Shown piece after piece: positions 1 through 9,745 of a stretch of 64,000 nt of DNA. Source of the DNA: a virus. The stretch covers positions 32,001-96,000 of IMG/VR virus record IMGVR_UViG_3300044729_002129. The stretch is one strand, 5' to 3'. Numbering within the stretch: position 1 is the first letter of the stretch; every line of letters starts with the position of its first letter. The translations under genes and the position numbers were made by a program. Under the pieces are notes generated by a model. That model was given only the letters and a program-made list of their open reading frames with translations. It had not been told where the DNA came from and searched no databases.

Positions 1-235
1 TATTAGACTTATGTTCTGAAACTACACCAACTTTTTTCTTCAACATACTCAATGCTGCTTTGGGATTCATTTTACCAAAATTAAATCCCAATATATTATA
101 TTGTCTACAAAACTCTTCTAGTTCTTGAACATCTCTAGGATCATATTCCATCACAGGAAAATCTTGTGGATTGTCCTGCATCTGTTTACGACGCATCAAC
201 ATTTGATATGGGTCAAATGATGGATAACTATTCAT
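1..235 (-). CDS. Hypothetical phage protein (partial, runs off window)
   Basis: Not in the ORF track. ATG at 235 follows the TAA of the upstream ORF (TAA-T-ATG); open frame MNSYPSFDPYQMLMRRKQMQDNPQDFPVMEYDPRDVQELEEFC... continues to the window edge. Confidence 0.7.
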   Translation of the reverse strand, partial: MNSYPSFDPYQMLMRRKQMQDNPQDFPVMEYDPRDVQELEEFCRQYNILGFNFGKMNPKAALSMLKKKVGVVSEHKSN

Positions 236-236
236 A

Positions 237-1700
237 TTAAAAGTAGTAATCGAAACCAAAATACTCAGCCAAGAATCTCTTCAAGAATTCTGAGTTTCTA
301 CCTTTTAATTCTTTACCACCAGCATATCTCTTATACTGACTTTTCATACCTTCCAAGTCATTTTTCAGTGCAAATTCGGTAAACTTAGGAAATTTCTTTA
401 ATGTACCCATATTGAATACAAAGTCAACAAACATTTCTTCTTGTTGAGGAGTTAATTTAACTCCACCTAGTTCTTTATAAACCTGTTGTTTTGCTTTTGC
501 CAAATCTGTCTTTAATAGAGATTCAGCTTGAGCATCTGTTATACCTTTGCTAAAGTCTTCTCCTTTTTGTATTTTATGACCATATCCAATTGTATCACTA
601 CCACCCTCAAAACTTTTATGAGGAAACCATAGTTTCTTTTGTGCATCATATCCGACTTTACCTTGATTTTCTACCTTCTTGATATAATCGATGAAAGATC
701 CAACAGATTTTTGAGCTGTTTGAGTTATAGCAGCCTGATTTGCTGGATTTATCTTTGATGCGTCTAATTTACCAGACATTGCGCCAAGACCAATTGCTCC
801 GGCAGCAACCCAATCCTTCCAACCCTCTTCAAGATCGTGTGCAATTTTAACTTCGTCAAACTTTCTGCCTTGTGGACCAAAATGGTCTAGATGATGATAA
901 ACATCATCCAAATATTCACCAGCCAAGTTCAACTTAGCTTTTACCCAATCCTCCAATTCAGAGTTTGGTTGCAACATCCCTTCTAATTCTGTTGCATCAC
1001 TATTGATTTGCTTTAAAGCACCCATAGCCATACTACTATCAAATTCTTTCAATAGTTGAGAAGTAACTTCTTTATATACTTCTCTTACTGGTTTGCTTTT
1101 TGTAGAGTGGCCAGATTGTCTTAACTTTCTGGCTCTGCAATGTGCTTTCTGACTAAAACCCTTTGGATTACTACAATTGATACGTTTCTTATAGTTCATT
1201 GACCACTTTTCATCTATCTGATCATCAGAAGTACCAGCTTCCTTTTCATCACGATAAAATTTTAAGTAATCACGAATGGTTGCTACATAATCAGCGGCGT
1301 GATTTAACTTAGCTTTTACCCAATCTTCTAGATTATCATTTACACTAAACATAGATTGTAGTTTTTCACTATAATCAATTAGTTTGGTGATATCACTTTG
1401 AGCCATTTCTGCATTTTCATTAATAGAATCTGGAGCCAGTAATTGGTCCATCGTATTATTCTTTTGTGCCTTTTTCAAGTCCTTGGTTTGTATTGGTAAC
1501 AACTCAGACGCGGAATATCTAGCTTGATCACCAGTAAACTTATAATAACGTGGTAATGTAGCGATATCCCAATCAGTATTGATAGGGTCTACTATTTGCA
1601 AGAAATAATAAGACTTATCATTATACATGTCAGGTGAGGGTCTTGCTTTATCAGAGAAAAACCCCAATTGTCCTGTACGTCTAATCTTGAACAGAGGCAT
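237..1700 (-). CDS. Modular virion (internal head-like) protein with C-terminal phage lysozyme (GH24-like) domain
   Basis: C-terminus has T4-lysozyme-like motifs (IKKVEN...EGGSDTIGYGH, FVDFVFNMG.LKKFPKF, GRN). N-terminus has two copies of an LEDWVKAKLN helical module and a KWS..YKKRINCSNPKGFSQKAHC module. Confidence 0.75.
   Translation of the reverse strand: MPLFKIRRTGQLGFFSDKARPSPDMYNDKSYYFLQIVDPINTDWDIATLPRYYKFTGDQARYSASELLPIQTKDLKKAQKNNTMDQLLAPDSINENAEMAQSDITKLIDYSEKLQSMFSVNDNLEDWVKAKLNHAADYVATIRDYLKFYRDEKEAGTSDDQIDEKWSMNYKKRINCSNPKGFSQKAHCRARKLRQSGHSTKSKPVREVYKEVTSQLLKEFDSSMAMGALKQINSDATELEGMLQPNSELEDWVKAKLNLAGEYLDDVYHHLDHFGPQGRKFDEVKIAHDLEEGWKDWVAAGAIGLGAMSGKLDASKINPANQAAITQTAQKSVGSFIDYIKKVENQGKVGYDAQKKLWFPHKSFEGGSDTIGYGHKIQKGEDFSKGITDAQAESLLKTDLAKAKQQVYKELGGVKLTPQQEEMFVDFVFNMGTLKKFPKFTEFALKNDLEGMKSQYKRYAGGKELKGRNSEFLKRFLAEYFGFDYYF
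931..1325. repeat. Intragenic direct repeat (20 nt identical) from duplicated EDWVKAKLN module
   Basis: aacttagcttttacccaatc at 931-950 and 1306-1325. Confidence 0.9.
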
Positions 1701-1709
1701 ATGATTATA

Positions 1710-2930
1710 TTATTTCTTCTTTAACTTCTTTAATGTCATTGCTAGTCTGGCACGTTGACCAACCTTACCACCCTTTTTTGCAGCAGCTGCTAACTTATCT
1801 GCTGGAATCTTTTGACCTTGTGGTACTCCCAATTGTTTATGAAGCGCACCTTTTTTGCCTGGCTTGATTGCATTTTGAATCCACTTTTTTTTGGTTTCTT
1901 CAATTTCCTTTGATTGTTCAAATGTAATTTCACCAAGATTGTCTTCTTGACCAGCTTCCATACTAGGTGGTAGTTGATCATTATCCATATCTTGCGCAAC
2001 TGGTTGTTCAACACCACCTTCAGTATCATTTGAAGTGGCAAGTTGTGCCATCAACAAATCATGAAGTTTTTGTGCTGTTTCACGATCCAAAGTCAATTTG
2101 ATATCTTGAGTCTTGGTTTCACCACCATCGGTTGAATCACCAGGCATTTCTGTTTCCATATCAGTGATATCAGCTTCTTGTTCAATTTCGTTAATTGACT
2201 CTTTGATTAGGTTTTTAATAATGTTTCTTAATTGTTCTTTTTTCATAGATTTTTTGTTTTCTGCATATCCGACAAAATCATATCCGCTTCCATAGGTTCC
2301 AACACCATCACATGAAGCGTCAGTTGGTGATGATCCATCAAATACTTGACCAACAACACTTTCATCAACATCTTCACTCATTCTCCAACCACCACCTTTG
2401 CTCTTGTACCATTTAGCAGCCCATCCATTGGCATAAGCACTTGGATATACATCAAATTTGGCTCTTGCTGCGGATTTGGCTCTAGCCCATAATGCTGGAT
2501 TTGTTGGTTTTGGTCTCTTCTTACCTTTCTTTTCTTCCAATTCAATATCAACCGTTTTGTTTAAAACGGGTTCACTTCGTCTACCATCGACTTGACCATC
2601 AGAAGTTCCGCCTATTGATCCGTGCATATTTCCTTTTTTTAATCCGCCGGCACCAATTCTAGCAGGATCATTCAAACTAGTAGTTGGATCGCCAATACCA
2701 GAACCAGTAACTGCTTGAAATTCTTTAGCCAATCCCGCATTAACTAATTTTGTATAATACTTAGGATCTTCGGTTAAATGATCCATAGCAATTTCTTTTG
2801 CAATATCTAAATCATTGGTGTGTTCCATTTCAACTTGTACACCAATACTAAGTTGTGCTGGATCTATTTTATCGTTTGGTGTATTATCACCAACACCGCC
2901 TGGAAGCTTTTTAATTAAATTATTAGTCAT
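1710..2930 (-). CDS. Modular internal head-like protein with N-terminal DUF5661-like domain
   Basis: GVQVEMEHT...IAMDHLTEDPKYYTKL (DUF5661-like); KPTNPALW...YPSAYANGWAAKWYKSKGGGWR module; basic C-terminal KKWIQNAIK..GALHKQLGVP...RARLAMTLKKL module; acidic linkers. Confidence 0.65.
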   Translation of the reverse strand: MTNNLIKKLPGGVGDNTPNDKIDPAQLSIGVQVEMEHTNDLDIAKEIAMDHLTEDPKYYTKLVNAGLAKEFQAVTGSGIGDPTTSLNDPARIGAGGLKKGNMHGSIGGTSDGQVDGRRSEPVLNKTVDIELEEKKGKKRPKPTNPALWARAKSAARAKFDVYPSAYANGWAAKWYKSKGGGWRMSEDVDESVVGQVFDGSSPTDASCDGVGTYGSGYDFVGYAENKKSMKKEQLRNIIKNLIKESINEIEQEADITDMETEMPGDSTDGGETKTQDIKLTLDRETAQKLHDLLMAQLATSNDTEGGVEQPVAQDMDNDQLPPSMEAGQEDNLGEITFEQSKEIEETKKKWIQNAIKPGKKGALHKQLGVPQGQKIPADKLAAAAKKGGKVGQRARLAMTLKKLKKK

Positions 2931-3126
2931 TTTTCTTTAATCCTTGTTGAAATTTTTCAAATCCTTTACCACTACCATATCCATAATCAATCATCCATCT
3001 ACGACCTTTCATAGCTGGACTACCAACACTTGGATCATGGAATTTACCATCACCTATATAATTCCAACCACCCTTTAATGGTTCTGGTTTACGATATGTT
3101 GGTTTATCATTAGCAAAATTACCCAT
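2923..3126 (-). CDS. Hypothetical protein
   Basis: 67-aa ORF tightly coupled to both neighbours on the same strand. Confidence 0.65.
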   Translation of the reverse strand: MGNFANDKPTYRKPEPLKGGWNYIGDGKFHDPSVGSPAMKGRRWMIDYGYGSGKGFEKFQQGLKKND

Positions 3127-3127
3127 A

Positions 3128-3634
3128 TTAATACTCTCTTCTTTGTTGTGCGTACTTTCTAGCCTTTAAAGTGGTCATAATCTCCATTAATGCTTCCTCT
3201 TTATCATCTGGGTATACACCCAACATATGGAGTTTACTATAGTATTTAGGGTCTTTCTTTAGATTGGTAACAACCTTTTGTTTGGCAACTTGTTTATCTT
3301 TTAGTACAAGTTTCTTCATTTCATAATCAATACCCATGATAATTTCATCTGGGGTAACCTTATACTTGATTTGTTCTACATCTTTTACATAATCCCATGG
3401 ATCTTTACCATTATAAGGAGCAAAAGGAGAAATATTGGCTTGAGTTTGTTTGGCTGTAAGGTTGGATTTATCAACCATAGTACCAAATTTATTGAGATCT
3501 TGAACTACATCTGGACTGCTAAATGTATCCAAAACGCCTGGTTCTACAGCACCAGCAATGGCACCACCTTGACCATAAGGTAATCCTTGCATCATTCTGT
3601 CGCCTAGGTCACCAAGTTCGTTTATTTTAGACAT
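3128..3634 (-). CDS. Hypothetical protein with degenerate DUF5661-like motif
   Basis: GIDYEM...VVTNLKKDPKYYSKLH resembles the DUF5661-like motif of the 406-aa neighbour; preceded by ATATTTATA element. Confidence 0.6.
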   Translation of the reverse strand: MSKINELGDLGDRMMQGLPYGQGGAIAGAVEPGVLDTFSSPDVVQDLNKFGTMVDKSNLTAKQTQANISPFAPYNGKDPWDYVKDVEQIKYKVTPDEIIMGIDYEMKKLVLKDKQVAKQKVVTNLKKDPKYYSKLHMLGVYPDDKEEALMEIMTTLKARKYAQQRREY

Positions 3635-3637
3635 ACT

Positions 3638-3646
3638 TATAAATAT
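3638..3646 (-). promoter_or_regulatory. Putative phage (late-type) promoter element ATATTTATA
   Basis: Minus strand ATATTTATA-AGT-ATG; the identical 15-mer precedes the gene at 8837. Confidence 0.5.
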
Positions 3647-3688
3647 TGTTTATTTGAAGATATATTCAAAATCTTTAATCATCATGGG

Positions 3689-5119
3689 TTAAACAAAATT
3701 TGGTACTTGACCCATGGAATGTTCATACAAAGTACTGTTGGTATTTGATACTTTTTTTATATTTAACTGATCACTAACAGATCTTTCCAACCAATCTCTA
3801 GACTCAACTAATCTTTCTCTGGATATGTAATCTGTATATACAAATGACTGATAATTTCCTGGTATACCCTTATAGTATTCATATTGTGTGAAATTGTCTA
3901 CTTCTATAGAATAAAGATTGTCATTATTGATAGTATATTTCCATACTCCATCTTTTACTAGTATTGAGTCGTCATAATACTTACTACCGGGTATTACTGT
4001 AATAATAGTTACATCAAACTCTTCAGGCTTGCTTGATATCAACCAATTATAGGTTTCTTGTATAGTTTCATCAGATTCTCCGGGATGACCAATACTCATC
4101 AATGCTTTTATACCAATACCATATTTTTTAGCAATTTCTATACATCTTGTGTTTTCTGACTTAGTTGCTTTTTTATTAATATTTTTCAAAATACGATCAG
4201 ATCCAGATTCAAACCCTACCAACAACTTCTTGAACCCGGCTTTAGACATCAATTCTGCCTGCACTTCATTTAATAATTCGGCTTTTATACATCCTCTAAA
4301 CAAAAACTCTACATTATTAGATTGTTGATAATCAATTAATTTTTTTAATAATTCATATATGGATGTGCCTATATTCAACTCATCGTCATAAAACATGAAC
4401 GCCTTTGTATCATATGTTTTGTATAAGTGATCAATTTCTTTTATTATATTGTCCACCGATCTATTTCTTATTTTTCTAAATGTTGGACTATTTCTACCAC
4501 TGCAAAATCCACAATTGAATGGACACCCTAATTGACCAATAAGACTCAATCCCCTTTTACCATTTATCGTAAACTTGTAACTATCAACGTCTATTAAATG
4601 TCTAGCCGGAAATGGAAGTTCATCAAACTTTTCATCGGTTAGAAATAATTCAGAAGTCAGATTGTCGGCATCCACATATTTTTCCCCATCAATAGCTTTA
4701 AAAACCGCTAATTCTCCATCACCACACACTACTCTATCAAATTCGTTGAGAATATTCATCATAGACTTTGTAGCTCTACCAGAAACATTCTTAAATTTTT
4801 CTCTTTTATATGCAGAATTAATTAATGTAACATGTGGGCCACCCAATATTACCGGAATTTTATGGTCCTTTATTATTCTGTTTATTAATACAACATTGGG
4901 TAATTGTGGGGTTGTTGCGGTTATACCAACAATATCTACTTCATTTTCATTTAAATATTTGGTAACGGTATGTAAATACGCACAATCCCCAGATAAGTCT
5001 AAAACATTTACTTTGTGTTTTGATTCCAATACAGATGCAACTTTAAGTATGCCTAAAGACATAAAAACTTTTTCATCAATTAAAAATGGAGATGGTGGTA
5101 TAATTAAGGTAACATTCAT
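3689..5119 (-). CDS. B12-binding domain radical SAM protein (class B methyltransferase-like)
   Basis: N-terminal cobalamin-binding domain (SLGILKVAS...VGITATT...ILGGPHVT...GDGE), CxxxCxxC motif GCPFNCGFC, FYDDE, GFESGS, IGHPGE. Confidence 0.9.
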   Translation of the reverse strand: MNVTLIIPPSPFLIDEKVFMSLGILKVASVLESKHKVNVLDLSGDCAYLHTVTKYLNENEVDIVGITATTPQLPNVVLINRIIKDHKIPVILGGPHVTLINSAYKREKFKNVSGRATKSMMNILNEFDRVVCGDGELAVFKAIDGEKYVDADNLTSELFLTDEKFDELPFPARHLIDVDSYKFTINGKRGLSLIGQLGCPFNCGFCSGRNSPTFRKIRNRSVDNIIKEIDHLYKTYDTKAFMFYDDELNIGTSIYELLKKLIDYQQSNNVEFLFRGCIKAELLNEVQAELMSKAGFKKLLVGFESGSDRILKNINKKATKSENTRCIEIAKKYGIGIKALMSIGHPGESDETIQETYNWLISSKPEEFDVTIITVIPGSKYYDDSILVKDGVWKYTINNDNLYSIEVDNFTQYEYYKGIPGNYQSFVYTDYISRERLVESRDWLERSVSDQLNIKKVSNTNSTLYEHSMGQVPNFV

Positions 5120-5137
5120 TTTATTTTAAAACTACTA

Positions 5138-5151
5138 ATATCTATAAGTAG
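5138..5151. promoter_or_regulatory. Putative bidirectional TAnnTATA element between divergent genes
   Basis: + strand ATATCTATA (5138-5146) and - strand CTACTTATA (5151-5143) overlap within a 38-bp divergent spacer. Confidence 0.4.
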
Positions 5152-5157
5152 AACCAT

Positions 5158-5850
5158 ATGGATGCTATATATCAATGTTATGAAAAAAATAAAGACGTAG
5201 AATACGTATTGGAAAATTTCTACAAACACGGTGGTGGTATAGTATATCTTCTATCGGATTGTGGAAATGATTTTTCTTATCTAAAAGATGTTTATAAAGA
5301 CCGATTAATATACAAATATAACACGGAAAAAACTTGGTGTACCAGATATGGGTGGTCATCAAAAGCACAAGCTCTACACTGGATGGTTTGGTTTACTGAA
5401 GCGTGTAGATCTTTAAATTCCGACTATATCATTTTACTAGAAGACGATGTTCTTATAAATGGGGATTTAAATTTGATAAAAATAGATCACGAAATAAATG
5501 GCCCAGATAAACACTGTTGTAATCTGATGGATAAAGAAATATTAGATTACTTATTTACACTAGATTCAAATAATTATGATATACCATTTTATGGTGGATG
5601 TGGTGGTTCTATAATGAATAGAAAAATTATAGCTAAAGGGGAGTTTCCATATCTCCTAAATAAACACTACGATGCTTTAACATCCGTCTCAAATAAAGCA
5701 AAATTCTCAGATGTTATGTTAACTATATTATTTAGAATGTCTGGATATGCGTATGGTGCCAATAAAGACTATACAGAAGCTTGGATAAACAGAAATTGGA
5801 GAGTTACAGGAGAAAAAATTATTCATCAATATGACGAACCAGAAATTTAA
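5158..5850 (+). CDS. Putative GT-A fold glycosyltransferase
   Basis: LLSDCGND, YIILLEDDV (DxD-like), YGGCGGSI; paralogous to the next ORF. Confidence 0.6.
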   Translation: MDAIYQCYEKNKDVEYVLENFYKHGGGIVYLLSDCGNDFSYLKDVYKDRLIYKYNTEKTWCTRYGWSSKAQALHWMVWFTEACRSLNSDYIILLEDDVLINGDLNLIKIDHEINGPDKHCCNLMDKEILDYLFTLDSNNYDIPFYGGCGGSIMNRKIIAKGEFPYLLNKHYDALTSVSNKAKFSDVMLTILFRMSGYAYGANKDYTEAWINRNWRVTGEKIIHQYDEPEI

Positions 5851-6562
5851 TTTCTCAGTATATCACCAAGTTTATAATAATAAAGAGTGGACCATACAAA
5901 GTCTTACGTCGTTAATAAACTTATATCCAAATGTACACATAAGACTAGTTTGCGATGGTGGTATAGATCACTCAGATTTAGTGGAAAAATTTAAAGTTGA
6001 ATACATACACGACACGTTCAATGTTGGTATTTATGATCGACTGAACCCAAAAGTAATATCAGGTCAACACATATATGGATGGACAAAAGAAGAAGCATTT
6101 GTTTTCTTAAAAAGAATATATGATTTCGCAAAAAAATGTAACACCGAGTATATTTTATTCAGTGAAGATGATATTATTTACAATAAAAAATTTAACATAA
6201 ATGAAGAAGATTTTGATTTAACAGGAAAAAAACCAGGAAATTTTTTCCCCGATATATTTGTTTCGTACATCAAAAACAATTTTCCAAATTCAAATTTAGA
6301 ACAATGGGGATCTTGTGCTGGAAATTTTTTAAACACAAATTCATTTATATATTGTTATGAAAATACAATTGAATTCTTAGACAAAAATTATGACCATATA
6401 ATTTCAAATCTATTTTACGAACTGGGTTGGAATGACGTTTTGTTTAATGTTTTATACGGATGTCATGGTATGAAATACATAAACAACTATGATTATAGTG
6501 AGGTTTATAATAATGTTCCAATCTTCCATGATAAAATATCTTCCAGAGTTAGAAACAATTAA
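5831..6562 (+). CDS. Putative GT-A fold glycosyltransferase
   Basis: LVCDGGID, YILFSEDDI, WGSCAG, GWNDV; similar layout to 5158 ORF. Confidence 0.6.
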   Translation: MTNQKFNFSVYHQVYNNKEWTIQSLTSLINLYPNVHIRLVCDGGIDHSDLVEKFKVEYIHDTFNVGIYDRLNPKVISGQHIYGWTKEEAFVFLKRIYDFAKKCNTEYILFSEDDIIYNKKFNINEEDFDLTGKKPGNFFPDIFVSYIKNNFPNSNLEQWGSCAGNFLNTNSFIYCYENTIEFLDKNYDHIISNLFYELGWNDVLFNVLYGCHGMKYINNYDYSEVYNNVPIFHDKISSRVRNN

Positions 6563-6569
6563 AATATTA

Positions 6570-7226
6570 TTATTTTTTAAACACTATTATAAAAGAATTA
6601 CCATAGTATATAGATCTAATATCAAATTTTTTTGATAACCCATTTATTTTCATAGTCTCATCCAAGTAAACAGACGATCTGGCATGTCTTAATGATCCTC
6701 CTTGATATTTTACAGATACCTCATTATATAAACCATTATAATTTATTTCATCTATGAATTTTTTTGTATAATCAATAAAGCTTAATTTTTCAGAACCATA
6801 TTCTTCCCAATATGAAGTACTGACATCTTCTATAATATAAACTCCATTCGAATTTAAACGAGGAAATAATATTTCAAATGTTAACATCTGATCTTCGGTT
6901 ATATGAGATCCATCATCTATAATAATATCCAAATTATTAATTCCATCATATGTTTCGACGACAGATTGATTTCCTTGTCGAAAAATAAATCTATCTGTTT
7001 TAATGGAAAACCCACAATTAGAAATATCTATGCCAAAAATAGATGCGTTTGGAAAATACTCTAACCACATATTAATACTATTTCCAGTACTAACTCCGAT
7101 TTCTAATAATTTTATATTGTTATATCTTAATTTTTCCAGAAAAAACTCATACTCATCGCAATAATTATGAAATAAATCGCTCTTATCAGTATTGTATTTT
7201 TTTGCTAACTCGTTTAAATGACCCAT
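6570..7226 (-). CDS. Class I SAM-dependent (sugar O-)methyltransferase, MycE/TylE-like
   Basis: KYNTDK..HNY, LLEIGV..GNS, GIDI, GNQS, IIIDDGSH, GVYIIEDV.TSYW. Confidence 0.85.
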   Translation of the reverse strand: MGHLNELAKKYNTDKSDLFHNYCDEYEFFLEKLRYNNIKLLEIGVSTGNSINMWLEYFPNASIFGIDISNCGFSIKTDRFIFRQGNQSVVETYDGINNLDIIIDDGSHITEDQMLTFEILFPRLNSNGVYIIEDVSTSYWEEYGSEKLSFIDYTKKFIDEINYNGLYNEVSVKYQGGSLRHARSSVYLDETMKINGLSKKFDIRSIYYGNSFIIVFKK

Positions 7227-7231
7227 AAAAA

Positions 7232-8188
7232 TTATATAATATTCAATGATTCTATCATTTTTAAATAATTTGGTATCGTCACATCATATGAATGATTTTT
7301 GACAGCATACTCTCTTATTAAATTACGAGTTTTAAGAGAAACACGTTTATTTTTATTTATTATGTAATCAAGATAATCTTCATCATTGATATATTTCTCT
7401 GGAACGATATCTATAAAACTTTGATTCAAATCTAAATTAGCAGTGCTATTTTCAGACACGACCAACCCTAAACCAGCCATCAATCCCTCTAATACAACCA
7501 AAGGAGCAGCCTCAGAGTCACTTAACAATATTAAATTCACATTATCTGTTAAATTATCATAAATGTAATCTTTAGTCCATTCGCCTATTATTCGTTTATT
7601 TGTTTGCATAGGACTATCTGGATTGATATTACCCACAAAAAATACATTTAAATTTGAAAGAACATATTGTCTCTTTCTTTTCTGAATCTGACCCAGACAC
7701 ATACTATCATTGGTTAATGGTTGATCTTTAAATTTTATCAAATCTGATCTAGCAGCATTTGGATTGATTCTGGTTCTGTCTGGATCAAATCCATTTTTAA
7801 TGTATAAATCATAAATAAATTTATCTAAACAAAAATTATAAAACTTTTGTGAATTCAAACTAGGCAATATACATGATTTAAACCATCGATCATAATCATT
7901 GCTATCTAAACTAGATCTTATAGATCCACAATGACTAGTCATAATCTTTATTTTTGCATTACATTCATTTAAAACATCATAGTATATATCATAATGACAA
8001 TGACAAACATCTGGGTTAAACTTATTTATTTCATCCAATGTGACGTTTTTATCATTAGAATTAACAATTTTAACTTCATGACCAAGTTTAGTTAAATAAT
8101 GTTTATAATCCCATATAATAATTTCCACAGCACCCCAACTCTTTGGTGGGATTTCCATAAAACCGGGTGACACTAAACAAAATTTCAT
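7232..8188 (-). CDS. Glycosyltransferase family 4-like (GT-B)
   Basis: VSPGFMEIPPKSWGAVE N-terminus; LSDSEAAPLVVLEGLMAG (EX7E). Confidence 0.85.
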   Translation of the reverse strand: MKFCLVSPGFMEIPPKSWGAVEIIIWDYKHYLTKLGHEVKIVNSNDKNVTLDEINKFNPDVCHCHYDIYYDVLNECNAKIKIMTSHCGSIRSSLDSNDYDRWFKSCILPSLNSQKFYNFCLDKFIYDLYIKNGFDPDRTRINPNAARSDLIKFKDQPLTNDSMCLGQIQKRKRQYVLSNLNVFFVGNINPDSPMQTNKRIIGEWTKDYIYDNLTDNVNLILLSDSEAAPLVVLEGLMAGLGLVVSENSTANLDLNQSFIDIVPEKYINDEDYLDYIINKNKRVSLKTRNLIREYAVKNHSYDVTIPNYLKMIESLNII

Positions 8189-8826
8189 CTTATTAAACTT
8201 TTAAATTTATTCTCACTATCAACGCCAACTCTATATGACAACTGATTTGTCAATGAACGATTGGGTGCGTAACAATTAATTTCTTTGTTATTATATAAAC
8301 TATTAAGTACAAAATCAATTTGATATTTTGACCTAATCGCACACTCTGCAATTTTAATAAAATTTTCTTTATTACGAAAGATCATACAATTGGTTGTATA
8401 TTTTATATAGATTTTATCTACATAATTATTAATTTTTTCTTTCTTGATATTTTGATCCAACAAATAATCTCCTAAATGTAATACATCCCAGTCTGATGGA
8501 ACATTATTAAAAAATATATTAAATTGATCCTCAAAGTCTTGACAAAAAACATTATCATCTTCTATCACAACAAATGAATCTACATTGGTATAATAACATT
8601 CGTAAAATATAGATGCATATTGTGATGACAAACTTTGTTCACTTCGATTTATCTCATGCGTCCCATCATATCGTGTTTCAAAAAAATTCTTATCAACCGC
8701 AACTCTAATATCAAAGTTAATATTTTGATCTTTTAAATAATTATAAAAATGTGTGTATCTTTCATTTGGTAATCCAGTTGTGATTACAAATACTTGTTGA
8801 AACAATTTATTTAAAACGTGCTTCAT
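8185..8826 (-). CDS. Glycosyltransferase family 25-like
   Basis: VFVIT...ERY, FVVIEDDNVF, VPSDWDVLHLG, IDF; paralog of 13571-14221. Confidence 0.7.
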   Translation of the reverse strand: MKHVLNKLFQQVFVITTGLPNERYTHFYNYLKDQNINFDIRVAVDKNFFETRYDGTHEINRSEQSLSSQYASIFYECYYTNVDSFVVIEDDNVFCQDFEDQFNIFFNNVPSDWDVLHLGDYLLDQNIKKEKINNYVDKIYIKYTTNCMIFRNKENFIKIAECAIRSKYQIDFVLNSLYNNKEINCYAPNRSLTNQLSYRVGVDSENKFKSLIR

Positions 8827-8839
8827 ATTTATAAGTATG
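8824..8839. promoter_or_regulatory. 16-bp quasi-palindromic bidirectional element containing both start codons
   Basis: CATATTTATAAGTATG (7 of 8 symmetric pairs); reads ATATTTATA-AGT-ATG on + and ATACTTATA-AAT-ATG on -. Confidence 0.55.
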
Positions 8840-9745
8840 ATTTCCTATAGTGTTTTAACTTTTAATAATCAAGTTGGAATTGTTACAGACGCGGTACTAT
8901 TAACAGATTTATTACGAGAAAATATTACAACCAACGTTGATATAAAATTTATACATGAATGCGATATCAAACACGTAGATGTTGGTATATGGATTCAAAA
9001 CTTTGATGTCAACTTATTAAATCTATTCAAAAAAAACATATTTTATATAAATGAAGAATGGGCCGGAGAGTGTGAACTTTCAAATCTTCATTTGTTTGAC
9101 CATGTTATTTGTAAATCAACATATGCATATAATCTATTAAAGCAAAATAAAAATGTGATTTATTTGCCATTTATATCAAAAGATATGTACGTTAATTCTT
9201 TAAATAAAGAATACGACTATTTGCATTTTATGGGCAGATCGATACAGAAAAATACAGAGTTAATTTTAAAACAGAACGTAAACATCACATTAATTGATCC
9301 ATATAATCGATATACACCACAATCTAATATAAATCACATAAATTCGTATCAATCAAATGAACAATTAAAACGTATACTGAACATACATCGTACACATATA
9401 TGTTGTAGTCTATATGAAAGTTGGGGTCATTATTTATTTGAAGGATTATCAACTGGATCAGAAATGATATGTAGTGATATACCAATATTCAGAGAACAAT
9501 TAGATCCAGACTTAATACATTTCATTCCAACTCAAGAAAAAATAGATATGTCGTATATGTATTGTTCCGATAATAAAACCAACATCTATAAACTTAGAAA
9601 GTCATTTTTTATAGATGAAAAATATTTTACACAATATATCGAAAATTTTAGGCCTATTGGAAAAAATTACGAACGGCGAATGTTATATAACAATATTATT
9701 AATAAATCAAAAACTCAGTTAATTTCTTTCTTTAAAAATATATGA
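8837..9745 (+). CDS. Glycosyltransferase (GT-B, family 4-like)
   Basis: NQVGIVTD, NEEW, LHFMGRSIQKNT, CCSLYESWGHYLFEGLSTG (EX7E). Confidence 0.75.
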   Translation: MISYSVLTFNNQVGIVTDAVLLTDLLRENITTNVDIKFIHECDIKHVDVGIWIQNFDVNLLNLFKKNIFYINEEWAGECELSNLHLFDHVICKSTYAYNLLKQNKNVIYLPFISKDMYVNSLNKEYDYLHFMGRSIQKNTELILKQNVNITLIDPYNRYTPQSNINHINSYQSNEQLKRILNIHRTHICCSLYESWGHYLFEGLSTGSEMICSDIPIFREQLDPDLIHFIPTQEKIDMSYMYCSDNKTNIYKLRKSFFIDEKYFTQYIENFRPIGKNYERRMLYNNIINKSKTQLISFFKNI

